40,236 nt of DNA from Welwitschia mirabilis (Eukaryota), in NCBI GenBank assembly GCA_051453625.1, contig JBOZIK010000001.1, forward strand, positions 14,463,910 to 14,504,145. Direction: 5' to 3'. This document shows positions 1 through 12,368 of this stretch, in pieces; position 1 is the stretch's first letter; the number at the start of each line of letters is the position of its first letter. Below the pieces are notes generated by a model. The model made no database searches. It was not told the DNA's origin and saw only the letters and a program-made list of their open reading frames with translations. The position numbers were made by a program, and so were the translations under genes.

Positions 1-1194
1 AAATTTGGGAATAGATGAAGAGAAGCACCAAAAAGAGTGGAATATGAGAGAAGACATAGGAGGAAGAACAGGATGCAAGAGAAGATAATAGGAGAGTGAT
101 TAAAACCACTCTCTATAACAATAAACATGATAAAATGTAAATATTTTAACAAAACTGCTACTAAATTAAACCATTCAGTAGCAAAAGAAATGTATGTCCT
201 TTTTTTCAAACTACTGTAGGTGTTATCTTCAAGATTTAATCACTAATTAAGAAGTCTTTATTATTATAGATGGATCATCCTATGTAGAAAATTATTTCTC
301 TAAAATAATATTTGTTCGATTCCAACCTAATTCCTAGAAACTATTGCATGCCTTTTACGATTTACCACATCCTTTGTTTATTCCATTATTCCCCATTAAT
401 GATGAAAGTCCATTCAAAGGAGATCCTCCCTCATTCCTATCCCCATCCCAATAACCTTAAAGGTGTGGAAGTTGGTCCTTCCTCCACCTCTTCCCTTCCT
501 TGGGAATGGAAGACGTCTCCTTATCTTCCCAATCTCTCTGTTCCACCTCTCCTTCAGTTTAGAAACTTAACTTTGTACCCTTTTCCTTAACCTTCTAACC
601 TTTTAGACACCCTAAGTGAACAAGTAACCTTTTAAGAATGATTTTATCCTTCTAAGTCCTACATCATTCCTTGAAGTAATGGGCCATCTTCATCATCCTC
701 TACCCTCCTCCTTAGCTAAAGTTGCCTCTTCTTTTCTTACTTCCTTTTCTTCTCCTCATCTTCTTCATCCTCTTTTTTCATTCTCCCTCACTTCTTTCTT
801 CCTCACCCAACCTCTTCCATGCCCTAGGTGTGGAAGAGGATCCTTCCACCAAAGAATTCAATGCCCTATGCTTGAAATCCTATTTCTCCTCCTTTCTCTA
901 AGTAGCTCAAGACCTCTAGTGACATGAACTGATAAATCTTAGGCAAAATGTGTTCTTATTTAGCAAATGGTAGAGCTCTAGCAATCCTTCAAGGAGCCCC
1001 TTCTCCATTGATAGGGTTAACTTCAGGAAAAAGGATCTTTGTTTATCAACTTCCTCCCTTTTTTTATCCTACTTCACCTCTTACTTCACCTTTCTTTCCC
1101 TCTTCTCCACTACTTTCCCCCACCCTCCTCCTCAACTCCTTGTTACTCACCCTTGGTGTTTCCATGGCCAGGGCATGGAATTCCAACACTTCGT

Positions 1195-1261
1195 CCATGC
1201 CTAAGACATGGAAACCCACCTTCTTCCATGTCCAAGACATGGAAACCCACCTTCTTCCATG
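1195..1261 (+). repeat. 31-bp tandem duplication (two copies plus a partial) in the LTR
   Basis: CCATGCCTAAGACATGGAAACCCACCTTCTT (1195-1225), CCATGTCCAAGACATGGAAACCCACCTTCTT (1226-1256), then CCATG. Confidence 0.9.
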
Positions 1262-1859
1262 CTTAGAGTATGAGAGACAACATTTCCCTCCCATTTCAAG
1301 CACATCTCTCATTTCCTTAGACCCAGTGTCACATCCCTTGTTTAGTCAGGATTCCCTTTTAGCTACTTTCTTCTACCTTCCTTGTTCCTACTAGAACTAG
1401 TCCTTCAATGTGTTCTAGAATTCTTTAACCCTGTTTACTCAGATTCCTTGTTGGTAGAAACCTTCATTAAACATTAAATGTTAGATCCAGAAGAGTTCTA
1501 GGATTGCACCAAATCCTTAAGGTATGCTATGATTAAGTGAGCCTCCTCATAACATTACACCATAGGATGAGTACTAGCCTAATGACTAGGGAGGTAACTA
1601 CTGCTCTATTGAAGTGATCATCTTTGAAGCCATGAGGTTAATTAAATTTCTTAGGGTTTCTACTATAGCTTTCGAATTAGAAATGACATCAATAGTACAT
1701 TTCCCTTTCTTTTTTCCACATCTTTTCTTTTTCTTTGCCCTTATCTCAGAGACACAATATTTCCCTCTCTCTCTTACTTGAAGGTCCTCACATCTATGGG
1801 ACCCTATCTGTGTCATTCATTCATTCCTATTCCCAACTCTCTCTAGTCTTGTCATGCTA

Positions 1860-1890
1860 CTCTTTAAATAGAGGCTTCCCTTCTCATGCT
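1860..1890 (+). promoter_or_regulatory. Putative LTR TATA region
   Basis: CTCTTTAAATAGAGGCTTCCCTTCTCATGCT, matched in the 3' LTR by CTCTTTAACTAGAGGCTTCCTTCTCATGCT (~10209). Resembles a decayed CTATAAATAG LTR promoter motif. Confidence 0.4.
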
Positions 1891-2515
1891 TATATGGCAT
1901 TCGTAGTTTCTATAAGCAGCACTCTTCACACGAATTATTTGATGACCTATCTCCTTCATTAAGAACTTTATCAAAAGATATATGGAAGATCGACCTTTAT
2001 TTCAAAGCTTTCTTCTGAAGACTTGTCTATAATCTTTCCTGAAGTCTAAAATTAGTTGTTTTCACTTTTTGTATTTTCCTTTTTCAATTGTCCTCCTGTT
2101 TTTAGTTTGGAAGGATCTCTAGACACCCATTTGTTTCTCCCTTTAAGGGGAAAGCAATGGTTTTATAGTTAAAAATTTTCTGATTACAATAAAGTATTCT
2201 TTTTCTCACTTTAGCACTTACAATTGGTAGACATGTTAGAGATAGGGTTAGGAGGAGTTCCTTAAGGCAACCTCCTTTCCATAAGGGAGAGATTAGCTTC
2301 ATTTTGTAAGTAGCAGAAGAAGACCACCCCACTAATGTAAATATTTCTCCTCTTTTCTAGAGAACTTGGGCTCACCTTTGTCATAGCCTTGGGAGAAGAT
2401 CTATTTGGAAACTCTATTATCATCCCTCAAATCTTTTCCACCTTCTTTGTACAAATACATTAAAGCAACCTAGAGACCTCCTTCCTTTGGATGTCCTCCC
2501 CCCTTCTTACCCTTT

Positions 2516-5500
2516 TGATAACATGCAAAAAATTGACATTTACATCAAGAAATCTAGGCCATATTAGCATGCTTAAGCCATCATTGCGATCTTCTTATGC
2601 ATGTATTATGCTTAGGGCTATGGAAATCTAGTTTTACTAATAATTTACTTTAACACTATCATTTTGCTAAATATTAGCATCATCTAGAGCATTATGGCAA
2701 AAAATCGAGGTGTGTCAAGCATCTTTGGCAACAATGCTAATTCTAGAAGTGTTCGTGCTAGTTACTATATGTAGAATGGGTACATACTTACGTTCCTAAG
2801 CCTTCCTACCACAAGAAATCCATTTGGGGCATTCCCGAGGTCATTGGATAAACAAAGAATATTTCCTAAGAGAAACCCCTCAATGTGGCCCCATAACTAA
2901 AGAATTACCCCATTAGGCATTAGAACACTCTAAAGAATAATCCCCTTAGGATTTGGAATCCTCTAAACAAGAACCCCTTAAATTGGCCCCAGGACTNNNN
3001 NNNNNNNNNNNNNNNNNNNNNNNNNNNNNNNNNNNNNNNNNNNNNNNNNNNNNNNNNNNNNNNNNNNNNNNNNNNNNNNNNNNNNNNNNNNNNNNNCCTT
3101 AAATTGGCCCCATGACTAAAGGAGGACCCCATACACTTTGGCCATTTTAAAGAATGGCCCCATTAGGCCTTTGAAACTAAAATTGTAAACCCTAATTCTC
3201 ACATATAAATACTGTACTTCATTTTATTTGAAGACATCATTAGCATATTGTACAAAAGATATTGAAGTTTTAGTCATGTGTTCTTTCTAAGCCTCCCATA
3301 GGAATGGGCTAGCTACTAAGCTAGGATGATGCTTTTTTATTTAGTATGACTATTTTTATGGATTGTATGCTTTTACTTTTCTGATAGTAAAGTGGTACAT
3401 GTTCTTAGTGCATTACTTTGTTATCAAGTTTTGATGGAGCTCATATTTGTTATGCTTAAGATTGATTAAGGCATGTTATTACTTTAAGATTTATTGGTGA
3501 CTCTCCTTTTCGTTCTAGCTTGCATAACCTGAATCTTTATTTACTAGATCTTGGGAGACCTCTACTTTTCATGCTTATTTTATTCTTGCTCTGAAGGCTA
3601 AGTGGCTTGGATACATCATCCTCATATTTATGGTGGATGAGATTATGCTACTGTGCTTGAGCTAAAACTACATGAGTCTCATATCTATAATGGATGAGAT
3701 TATGCTACTCTACTTGATTTGACAAGTTTAAATTTTTAAAAACTACTAAAACTAGTTGACCTTTCTGGATACAGTTCATTTTATCTGTCTGCTTCAGATG
3801 CAGTCAACCCCTTGGAAATCTAGTAGACCCCTTAAGAGGGTGAAAAAAACTGACAGGTTTCTAGTGCTTGGAATTTGATGGAAGTCTAGACCCAAATGAG
3901 TGGATAGTGGAATTATTTCAAGTAAAAAGTAGGTTTATTCCTTATGTTTGGAACAATACCCATATCATCATGATTCCTAAAAAGGCTGAGCATAGATAGT
4001 TAATGATATAAGCTAATAGGAGTATGAGTTTTTTGCATGTTTGGTCACTCTTTGTCAAAAGAAATCATGTGTTTTATTTTTCTTATCTCTTCTTTCATCC
4101 ATTCTTTGCATTTTCTAGTACATTTCTCACAATTTTACTTTTCTACTAGGGTAATTAATCAATGAAATTAAAATCTCCCTAGCAGTTTTGACAATGGAGA
4201 ATGAAACTAGTTATATTATTTTAAAATAACTTAGTTTTTTCATTTCTATATGTTACACATTGCAAATTGAGAATGGAAGCATCATAGCTATCCATTCTAA
4301 CCCTATTAATGAATTTCATAAAAAGAATTCGATAAATTATTTCTACAGTGCATTGATTAGTCAAACTAAATAACTTATAAACTTTTCTTGCAGTGGCAAC
4401 TTGATGAACTTGACTCTAGATGACCTTCTTATTAGACATGGGGTAACTAATGGTGGTGAAGCATTCATGACCATTTTTAATGTTAGGTTTGTCACCATAT
4501 GAACTTGTGTATAGAAAGATTTGTGTCTTGTTAGTTGGTATTTTCTATAACTCCTATCGATCCACCCATTAACTTAACATTGTAAACTTAGACAAAAATC
4601 TTAAAAAATTCTCATTCTAGCTTTCTAGTAAGCATAGTTTGGCCCGTCAGACATGGGTGGACGATTGGTGGATAAACCGTAAAATTACTTTGCTCACACT
4701 AAGAACTTTTCAATAAAATACCTTTGTTTATTCTTATGTGCATACTTGGTTGTCACACATTTTTGTTGGAATAGATCGCTTGAATTTTTGCCCAACAAAA
4801 TTCCCATATGTATATTGAAAATCCAACAAGATGATCCAATCATTTCTTACCTATAAATTTTGTAAATAAGTCAATCATTTATTAAACTGTCTCATAGCTA
4901 GCTTGGGATGTGTAATTTTTAAACTAGAAGGTATTTTATGATTATATGATCTCTTATGATGTTATATCCCGACATTGAACTCATTTTTTAAAATTCCATT
5001 GCATTTTTATATGTTTGTTGAAATCACTGTGTTTTCCTCCTTTCCTTTAAAACGCAAATAACAGTGTCATGTGACATGAAGAGGGACTTCCAAAACAAGT
5101 GCTTCTATCATATTCAAGATTTCATCAGGAGATGACTCAAATTTTTAACCTTTATCTATTAACTTTTTGAATTTCTCACTGAGTAGGATTTGAACTCTTT
5201 GAAAAACTAAATAAATTAGCCTTTAGAGTATATGAGAGTGCTTAAGGGAACCTTTGCTAACATTTTTTCCAAGATGGAAGAAGGAGTTTTTGTTTCATGT
5301 TTCGATACATTTTAATCTTTCTAGGATGACTTTTTATAGGTGAATTATGAAATTTGAACATTAGCTTATGTCTAATTCCATTTATAATAGGAAATTTAAA
5401 CCATCTACAAATCAAGACGTTACAAGTTTCTAGATTAAAATCCTAGATTTGAACCTCTGTAAAAATATTATTTTAACTTTCTTAGTCAAAATATGATCTC

Positions 5501-5843
5501 AAACTATTCTTTTTTATAGGGGGTTTGAGAGACCCCTACATGAATTTACTTTAATACTTATTCTCTTTCATGAAGTTTTACGCTAGTTTGAATGCTATGT
5601 CCCATTCCTAGTTCTTTTATACATTTCACTCTCTTACACTCATTATCATTATGCTTGCTTTATTAATAGCTCACGTTATCTATTTCTGTGAAAGAACAAC
5701 ACTAGGACTATGATGGTAATGGAAGTCTTAGTATAATTAGTAAAAATTAGGTTTGGCCACGCAGGATTTGTATTCCTAGGATGATCTTGCTATTTACCAT
5801 ACGTTGATGATAGATACAAGCATAACTAGATTTCACCACGACA
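2516..5843 (+). mobile_element. Nested LTR-derived insertion (solo LTR or deleted element, possibly Athila-like)
   Basis: Starts TGATAACATGC and ends CACGACA. Flanked by CCTTT (2511-2515) and CATTT (5844-5848). Removing it restores collinearity with the 3' LTR (CCTTCTTACC-CTTT-ACCCTT...). Strand and lineage are inferred. Confidence 0.75.
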
Positions 5844-6071
5844 CATTTATCCTTCTTTTCCTTTTTGATTAAGCCCTTTTCTATGAGGTTTTCCACTAGG
5901 CATTTCCCATGCTCTGCATTATGCCTTGATTATTCTATACCTTGAAAGTTTATTTTGAGTATCTAATTTCTATTAGCCATCAAAACAAGATCAAGCGGCC
6001 TCACCTTAGCAAGTAGACATTGTTGTCCTTTCCAACCTCAAGGAAAGGAATGCACATCAACACATCTTCTT

Positions 6072-6088
6072 TAGCGTTAGAAGAAGAG
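6072..6088 (+). other. Putative decayed primer-binding site of the gypsy element
   Basis: TAGCGTTAGAAGAAGAG lies 9 nt after the LTR end. It differs only by transitions from the TGGCGCTAGAAGGAGGG PBS I recall from plant non-chromovirus gypsy elements. Confidence 0.4.
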
Positions 6089-6485
6089 TACTTAGAATTG
6101 GATTGTTGTGTTGGCTTATCAAAATGACATGTATCTCGAAACTTGACAACTAAAGAAGGAGGAGGAAATTGAGAAGTCTCTGCAATCCTACTCATTTTTT
6201 CGAAACTCCTACTTTTTTAAACACTCTTCCTATGAGACTTCATTTCCTACTTCAAACATCATCCCCTGCCACAAATTCTCATTTAAAAATGTCCCCTTCT
6301 CTTATCCTAGCAGTTTCTATCACTTCCCTCATCACCTAGACTTTTCCTATTACCTAGTCCCTACTCATGGCTAACCGACCTCTTTCGTATATTAGTAACA
6401 GCCCCCTCAATTTCTTGTCATATGACGCCCTTCTACTAAGGATGAAAACTTCTTGAAAGCCTAGAACCACCATTTGTCCTTGGTC

Positions 6486-6870
6486 CCCAAAGATCACATT
6501 ACCACTTTCATTAGAGGGCTTTCTTTGTTAGGTGTCAACAAAGAGGATGTCGATTATCAATTGTTTATCCTCTACCTTAAGGAAAAATCCCATCTTTAGT
6601 ATTCATGACTTCATGTGAATTCCATCAGTTCTTGGAATAAGCTCATACACGCCTTTCTTAAGTAATTCAAAGGTCAAACGGACATAGAGATGATGTAATA
6701 GTACTTTGTCATGATCAAGAAGAAGCACACAAAGACAGTCAAAGCATTCAACAATCATTTTTAGATCTATCACTGACTTTCTCTCTAGTACAAGCCATCT
6801 TCTTTATAGGTTATGGTTATCTACAAGTCAAACTTGGATGGGATGACTCATTTCCACTTGAAACAGAGAC
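6486..6870 (+). pseudogene. gag: Gypsy gag (Retrotrans_gag-like) remnant
   Basis: Manual translation PKDHITTFIRGLSLLGVNKEDVDYQLFILYLKEKSHL*YS*LHVNSISSWNKLIHAFLK*F matches the EDV..LF..L...A..WY..L...SI.SW..L...FL..F gag pattern. Stops are TAG/TGA/TAA, consistent with transitions from TGG/CGA/CAA. Confidence 0.8.
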
Positions 6871-7942
6871 CTAATCTCAAAGTCTTTAGGATCTCATGAA
6901 CAAGACTAATTGTTTGAAGAGACTTATGCTAGTTACCCCTTATGATCATCTCACCTTGTCCACTTGAACCTGTCGTCCCACCACCTCCTAACCTCACCCC
7001 TCCTCTTGTTATCCTTTCAACTCCTCTAATTCTATCCTTCATAACTTCCCCAACTCTTGGCTCTCATCACATCCATTACACACCCATTCCTCTTTCCCCT
7101 TACCCCTTCTACCAGTTCTCAACCGCTTCTTAGGTTTTTCACCATCTAACCCATCACTGAATCCCATCCCTATTCCCTAAAGTTAATCTGCTAATTTGGC
7201 TGAAATCTCTTCTAGTTCTGAGAGTGGCAGCGAAACAAGCAATTGGATGAATGTTAAGGAAGCTTATTCAAGGTATGGAACAATTCAAGATTTTGTAGCC
7301 AAACAAAGTTCAAATGGATCCCCAATTTCACATTAGGGAGAATTGTCAAGATAATCTTCATATACAAGAGATTATGAGGTATTTTTGTGCTTCATCTGTT
7401 TCTTTCTTCCACCTAGAAGAAGCATATTATTTTAAGATCATTGACTCACACCAAGAAGTTAACATTATTTTAGTGCCAAATAAGAGTGAGAACAAACCTG
7501 TGTGCGCCATTGAAGACCTCTCAGGTCTACAAATGTCTATCCACATTAGGCTAGAATTGTAAATAGGGAAGCCATGAGGCTCAAGCTAACTCAAGCAAAG
7601 TGAAAGAGAAGAAGGCAAAGGAAATGAGAAGAAGTTCATAACCACCTCTGTTCCTCCTAGTAAAAATACCAATCTCCCAATCAGGATGTCTTAAATGATC
7701 CCCCTCCCGTTTTAAGTGATGACAAATATCAAACACCACCTACATCGAAAGGTGCTTCTAATACAAAGAAAGAGCAGAAGAAAATAACTTTTCTTATTCA
7801 TGATGTTGTTAAAAATCTTAAGAAATTTTAGGTAAATCCCTCAAGTTTTGAAGTTCTTCAATTGAGTACATATTATAGGAAGAAAGTCTCGTAGGCTTGT
7901 TTATCCATAGATAGTCAGCAATCGAAGGATTCTTCTCTAAAG

Positions 7943-8480
7943 ATGAATGTGGCAAAGCTAAAGACTAAGGCCACTATTTTCAAAGCTAAGAAGAAGACGC
8001 CTCTTTTTCTTGTCACCCTCCAGATATTTGGTAACAATGTGCACAATTATCTTCTTGATTCAGAAGCCTCTACCAACATCCTTCCTTCTGAGGTTGCAAA
8101 GCAGCTAAAGCTTACCCTTGAGGAATGAAGTAAGTCATTGATACATCTAGAACAAACAAATGTTAAGCTACAGGGAATTTTGAAGGATGTTAAGGTTCAA
8201 TTAACATCATATCCCAAAGTGATGAGCATTATAGACTTTTATGCAGTTAACGTTCCTACCATATATGGGGCATTGCTAAGCCGATGTTGAATATCATTTC
8301 TCAATGATTTCATTTTCTCAAACTAATCTAACATTGGGCTTTCTTCAAAAGGTGTTCCTAATTAGATTCAAATACAAATAGAAATCCATACTTAAAGTAT
8401 AGTGTCACTTCTTATGGAGGAAAGAAGACTAAAAAAGCCCATCCGAGATTTAGGTCTTGGTACATATTTTTGTGATATCA
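7943..8480 (+). pseudogene. Gypsy retropepsin (aspartic protease) remnant
   Basis: PLFLVTLQIFGNNVHNYLLDSEASTNILP (decayed DSGAS active site), then past a stop ...GILKDVKVQL...IDFYAVNVPTIYGALLSR. Confidence 0.85.
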
Positions 8481-8758
8481 AGAAAATGATTAAGTACATT
8501 TTTTTCCGTTAAAAGTCTTGGCTCGTAATTTTATGATGTGATGGTACTGGAAGACCTTACAAAAAAGCAGTTTTGTACTTGGTAAGAGTCATATTAGTCA
8601 ATGATATTATCATGAGAAGTGTACTTATCCTTGCAGCTTCTCCCTCCTCCATGATAAAGGTGTGACCAAAGCAATAATCAACCTTGTTAGCCCCCTAATC
8701 CTATTCTAGTAACCCTAATCTCATTTCCCTTCATTCTACCCCCACTTTATTGGACAAG

Positions 8759-11072
8759 TATTGGACTCCAACCTGACCCACAAGAGCTACGGGACCTCTT
8801 TTAAGATTCACCACATCCTCCCTTTATCCCACGATTCCATGTGAACAATGAAAGTCTATTTCAAAGGAGATACTCCACCTTTAGACATGGGAGAGGTCTC
8901 CTCCTCTTCCCTAGCTCTTTGCCCAACTTCTCCTTCAACCCAGGAAGTCACTTTTGTACTCTTTTCCTTAGCCTTCGAGCCTTCTGGACCCCCAAGGCAA
9001 ACAACTAACTTTTCAAGGATGACCTTCTTCTTGTAAATCCCACAACATTCTTTAGAGCACTCATCCCTCTCCATCACTCTCTACCCTCCTTCCCTTTTCT
9101 TTATCTGCCTCATGCTCTTTTTCCCTCTTCCCTCACTCCTTTCTGCCTCACCGAACCTCTTCCATGCCCAGGATGCGAAAGAGAGTCCTTACACCACAGA
9201 ATTCCACACCCTGGGTGTGAATACCTCTTCCTCCTCCTCTCTCCAAGCAACTGAAGATCTCCAGTGGCATGAACAAACAATGCTCAGCCAAAGGAATTCT
9301 TTGATAGATGGCAAAGTTCCAGCAACCGCTTATCGAGTGGTCCAAGTTAGACTCCTTCTTAGCTAATGGAGTCAACTTTGGGCAAAAGGATCTTTGTTAT
9401 TCAGCTTCCTTCCCCTTGTCTCCTATTCTCTCCTACTCCTTCCTCCCTTAACCCCTCTTCACTCACCCTTATCTTTTCCAAGCCCAAGGCATGGAATTCC
9501 TACAGTTCTTCCACACCCAAGGCATGAAAACCTAGCCTTGTCCATGGCCAATGCGTGGAAGATGGGCCCCAATCTTCTCCTCTTAATCTTGGCTTATCTA
9601 TCATTCCCTCAGAGTCTCAGACCTAGCCTAACATCCCTCCTTTACTCAAGGTTCCCTTCCAAGTACTTTCTGCTGCTTCCCTCCTTGTTGAAACCAGTCT
9701 TTCAGTGTGTTCCAGACTTTTCTAGCGCTTTTTACTTAGCTTCGTTCTTGGTGGGGACTTATCAAACTTCAAATGTCGAATCCAAAAGAGTTCTAAAGTT
9801 GCAACAAATCCTTAGGGTGCACTAGAATCAAACGAGTCCACTTCTGACATTACATCATAGGGTGAATACTAACTTGATAACTAGGGAGGTGACTACTACT
9901 CTAATGAAGGGATCCTCTTTGATACCATTAGGGATGAGCCGAATTTCTCAGAGTTCCTTGTATAGCTTTTAAGTAAGATGCATCACTATTGATGCATAGC
10001 CGGTTCTGAGACAACACTAGGATGTCATTTGAGCCTCTATCACTACATTTCCCTCTGTTGCTTCCACATTACTACATTTTCTCTTCTCTTAGCTTAGAGA
10101 TGTAGTCTTTCTCATTCTCACCTGCTTCTAGGTCCTCACATCTAGGGTACCCCCTCTGTGTCATCTATTCATTCCTATTCCCAACTCCCCTCTAGTACTG
10201 TAATGCTACTCTTTAACTAGAGGCTTCCTTCTCATGCTTAGATAGTAGTGTTAATTCCTATAAGTGGTACTCCCCATAACTCGAGTTAGCTAGTGACCTA
10301 TCTCCTTCACGAAGAACTCCATGAGAAGACATATGAAAGATCTTTCTTTCAAGGTTTTCTTCTAAAGACTCATCTATAAGCTCTCCTCCAATCAAAAATT
10401 AGTTGTTTACTCTTTTCTTGTATTTTGGTCTTTCACTTGTCCTCCTCCCTCTAGGTTGGTAGGGCCTATATATACTCTTTCCTTCCTCCCTTTGAGGGAA
10501 AAACAATGTTTTTACAATTAAGAGTTTTCTAATTGCACTAAGTGTTCTTTTTCTCTGATACCCTATTACAATTCGTAGGCACATCAAAAAAAGTGTGAGG
10601 AGGACCTTGCTTAAGGAACCTCATTTCTGTGGATGCAAGATAAGCCTAGCTTTGTAAGTAGTAGAAAAAGACCACCCCTTTAAGGTATACCCTTGTTCCC
10701 TTTTTTAGGGAACTTTGTTTGCCTTTGTCTTAGCCTTGGGAGGAGATTCATCTGAAAACTCTATTCCTATCCCTAAGACCTTTTCCACCTTCTTTTTGCA
10801 AATACCTTGGAGCAACCTAAAGGGTACCTCCTTCTTTTGGGAATCCTCCCCCTTCTTACCCTTTACCCTTTTTTCCTTTTTGATTAAGTTCTTTTTTGTG
10901 AGGTCTCTCATTAAGCCTTGCCCATGCTATGCATTATGCCTTGATTACTCTTTACCTTAGGGATTTATTTTGGGTACCTAATTTCTTGAAGCTGTCAAGA
11001 ACAAGCCTAGGCTGCCTCAGTTTGGAAAGCAGATGTCCTTTCCATGCCTAAGGAAAGGAATGCAGGTCAACA
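8759..11072 (+). repeat. 3' LTR of the gypsy element (2314 bp)
   Basis: Direct repeat of 313-2515 plus 5849-6062; ends TCAACA followed by the TSD. Confidence 0.82.
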
Positions 11073-12213
11073 ATGTTTTTAATAAAGACTATTCTGACAA
11101 ATTTAAGAGCATGGTATACTTGTTATCTCCAAATTTTTCCTAAAATCTCCATGAGTTCTTGAATCCTTTCTAGAAGGAAAGCTTCCATCTTGGGAACATG
11201 TTGTCTGTATTGTCTTCCTTACAATAAAAAGGGGCTCTTAGTAAAACATCATTTCAAGAAGACAATTAAATGCAAAAATACATCATATCTAAAAATTATT
11301 CTCCCTCTCTTGGAACTCTTTAAACGATAACACTGTCTAGATCTACTAACTTCATAGCTTATATATTGACTTTTTTTGGAAAGGATTGGGTCTACTCTGA
11401 ATATGAAAAGTTCAGAATCAAATAATTTCTTTAAGTTTTAAACTAGATGTGAACTGAAATTTTCTAAGGATCCCCGTCCTTAGGAAAACAAAGGTTATCT
11501 CATGCGTAGAGATCAACACTGCAATTTCTTACCATTCAGACTTTAAGGGCATGCAGTTTTCTTGTACAGTCTATCCTAACGAGGGCATCGCCCTTTGATA
11601 CATGTGATTATTGACAAACTTTGAAATGAATAAAACAAACATCTATTTGAGGCATGTAGTCTGAAGCCATTTTATCAAAACTACCAAACCTCATTGTACT
11701 CCCAAGAAATCGAATGCTATCTAGCATTATTTCAATTCTATAACTCATCCAACTTGATTAGAACATTCACACCTTTAACATGATTCTCACTCATAAAGTC
11801 ACTCCTCTCTTACCATGCTCATTCCTGGTCCATTGATTAATTTATTTCAGTTCATTCAAAGCTTTTAGTGCATATGATATCAGGCATATGAACAGTTACA
11901 ATGAAGAACTTCAAGGCCACAAGGAGAGCATTGTAAGACATCTTTGTGTATTCTAGGATAATAGCTTCATTCAAGACCTTTCAGGAGCTCCTTTTACATT
12001 AACTTGAGGCTCAGCGTTGTCATTATCAACTCAATGAAACTGTCAAACCACCAAAATTATCACGTGTAAACAGAAGACATTTTAAATCCAAGTGTGTCAG
12101 AAAGCTCCAAATCTCTTGAAAAACGTTCATCCAACCAATGCAAAGTATCAAATCCTGCATGAAGAAGTTTCCACACCTGCACAATCCTCCTTCCCCTCTG
12201 ATCATCAGTTCAC

Positions 12214-12368
12214 TTATTTTTTAACATCCTCTACATCATTGTTATGCTCCACAATATCATTGGCATCCAACCGCTTGACATGAACCCTTTTACCTGCTTC
12301 AGAAACCTTATCCTCCTCAGCAAATCTTGACTGTCACGCTTGCTTATTAAGATGCTTTGAATATAATC
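12214..12368 (-). pseudogene. Candidate terminal exon of an unidentified spliced gene
   Basis: Acceptor TTGTTCATAG|G; phase fits the 13045-13165 exon. Reads (G)LYSKHLNKQA*QSRFAEEDKVSEAGKRVHVKRLDANDIVEHNNDVEDVKK*. The TGA at 12334-12336 is either the true stop or a CGA>TGA nonsense change. Confidence 0.45.

Larger units (their letters stand above)
313..6062 (+). repeat. 5' LTR of the gypsy element (~2.4 kb net), interrupted by the 2516-5843 insertion
   Basis: 313-2515 aligns by eye with 8759-~10864, and 5849-6062 aligns with ~10865-11072; roughly 70-75% identity. Confidence 0.8.
313..11072 (+). mobile_element. Degenerate Ty3/gypsy-type LTR retrotransposon (non-chromovirus-like), lacking RT/RNase H/integrase core
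   Basis: Two long direct repeats start TGTTCGATTCCAACC (313) and TATTGGACTCCAACC (8759) and both end AGGAAAGGAATGCA..TCAACA (6062, 11072). Flanking 5-mers ATATT (308-312) and ATGTT (11073-11077) form a TSD with one transition. Gag and protease remnants lie between. Confidence 0.85.

Noticed and set aside
312..2332. S/P/L/F-rich ORFs on both strands, with counterparts at 8848-10960
   Set aside because: They lie in pyrimidine-rich LTR sequence. Frames and stops are not conserved between the two LTR copies and no domain is recognisable.
2976..3117. Direct repeat CCTTAAATTGGCCCCA(G/T)GACT either side of the 100-N gap
   Set aside because: Probably a contig-overlap artefact around a placeholder gap.
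11073..11900. Possible LINE RT fragment (minus-strand KGDAL near 11580-11600)
   Set aside because: A single weak motif with no supporting RT motifs.
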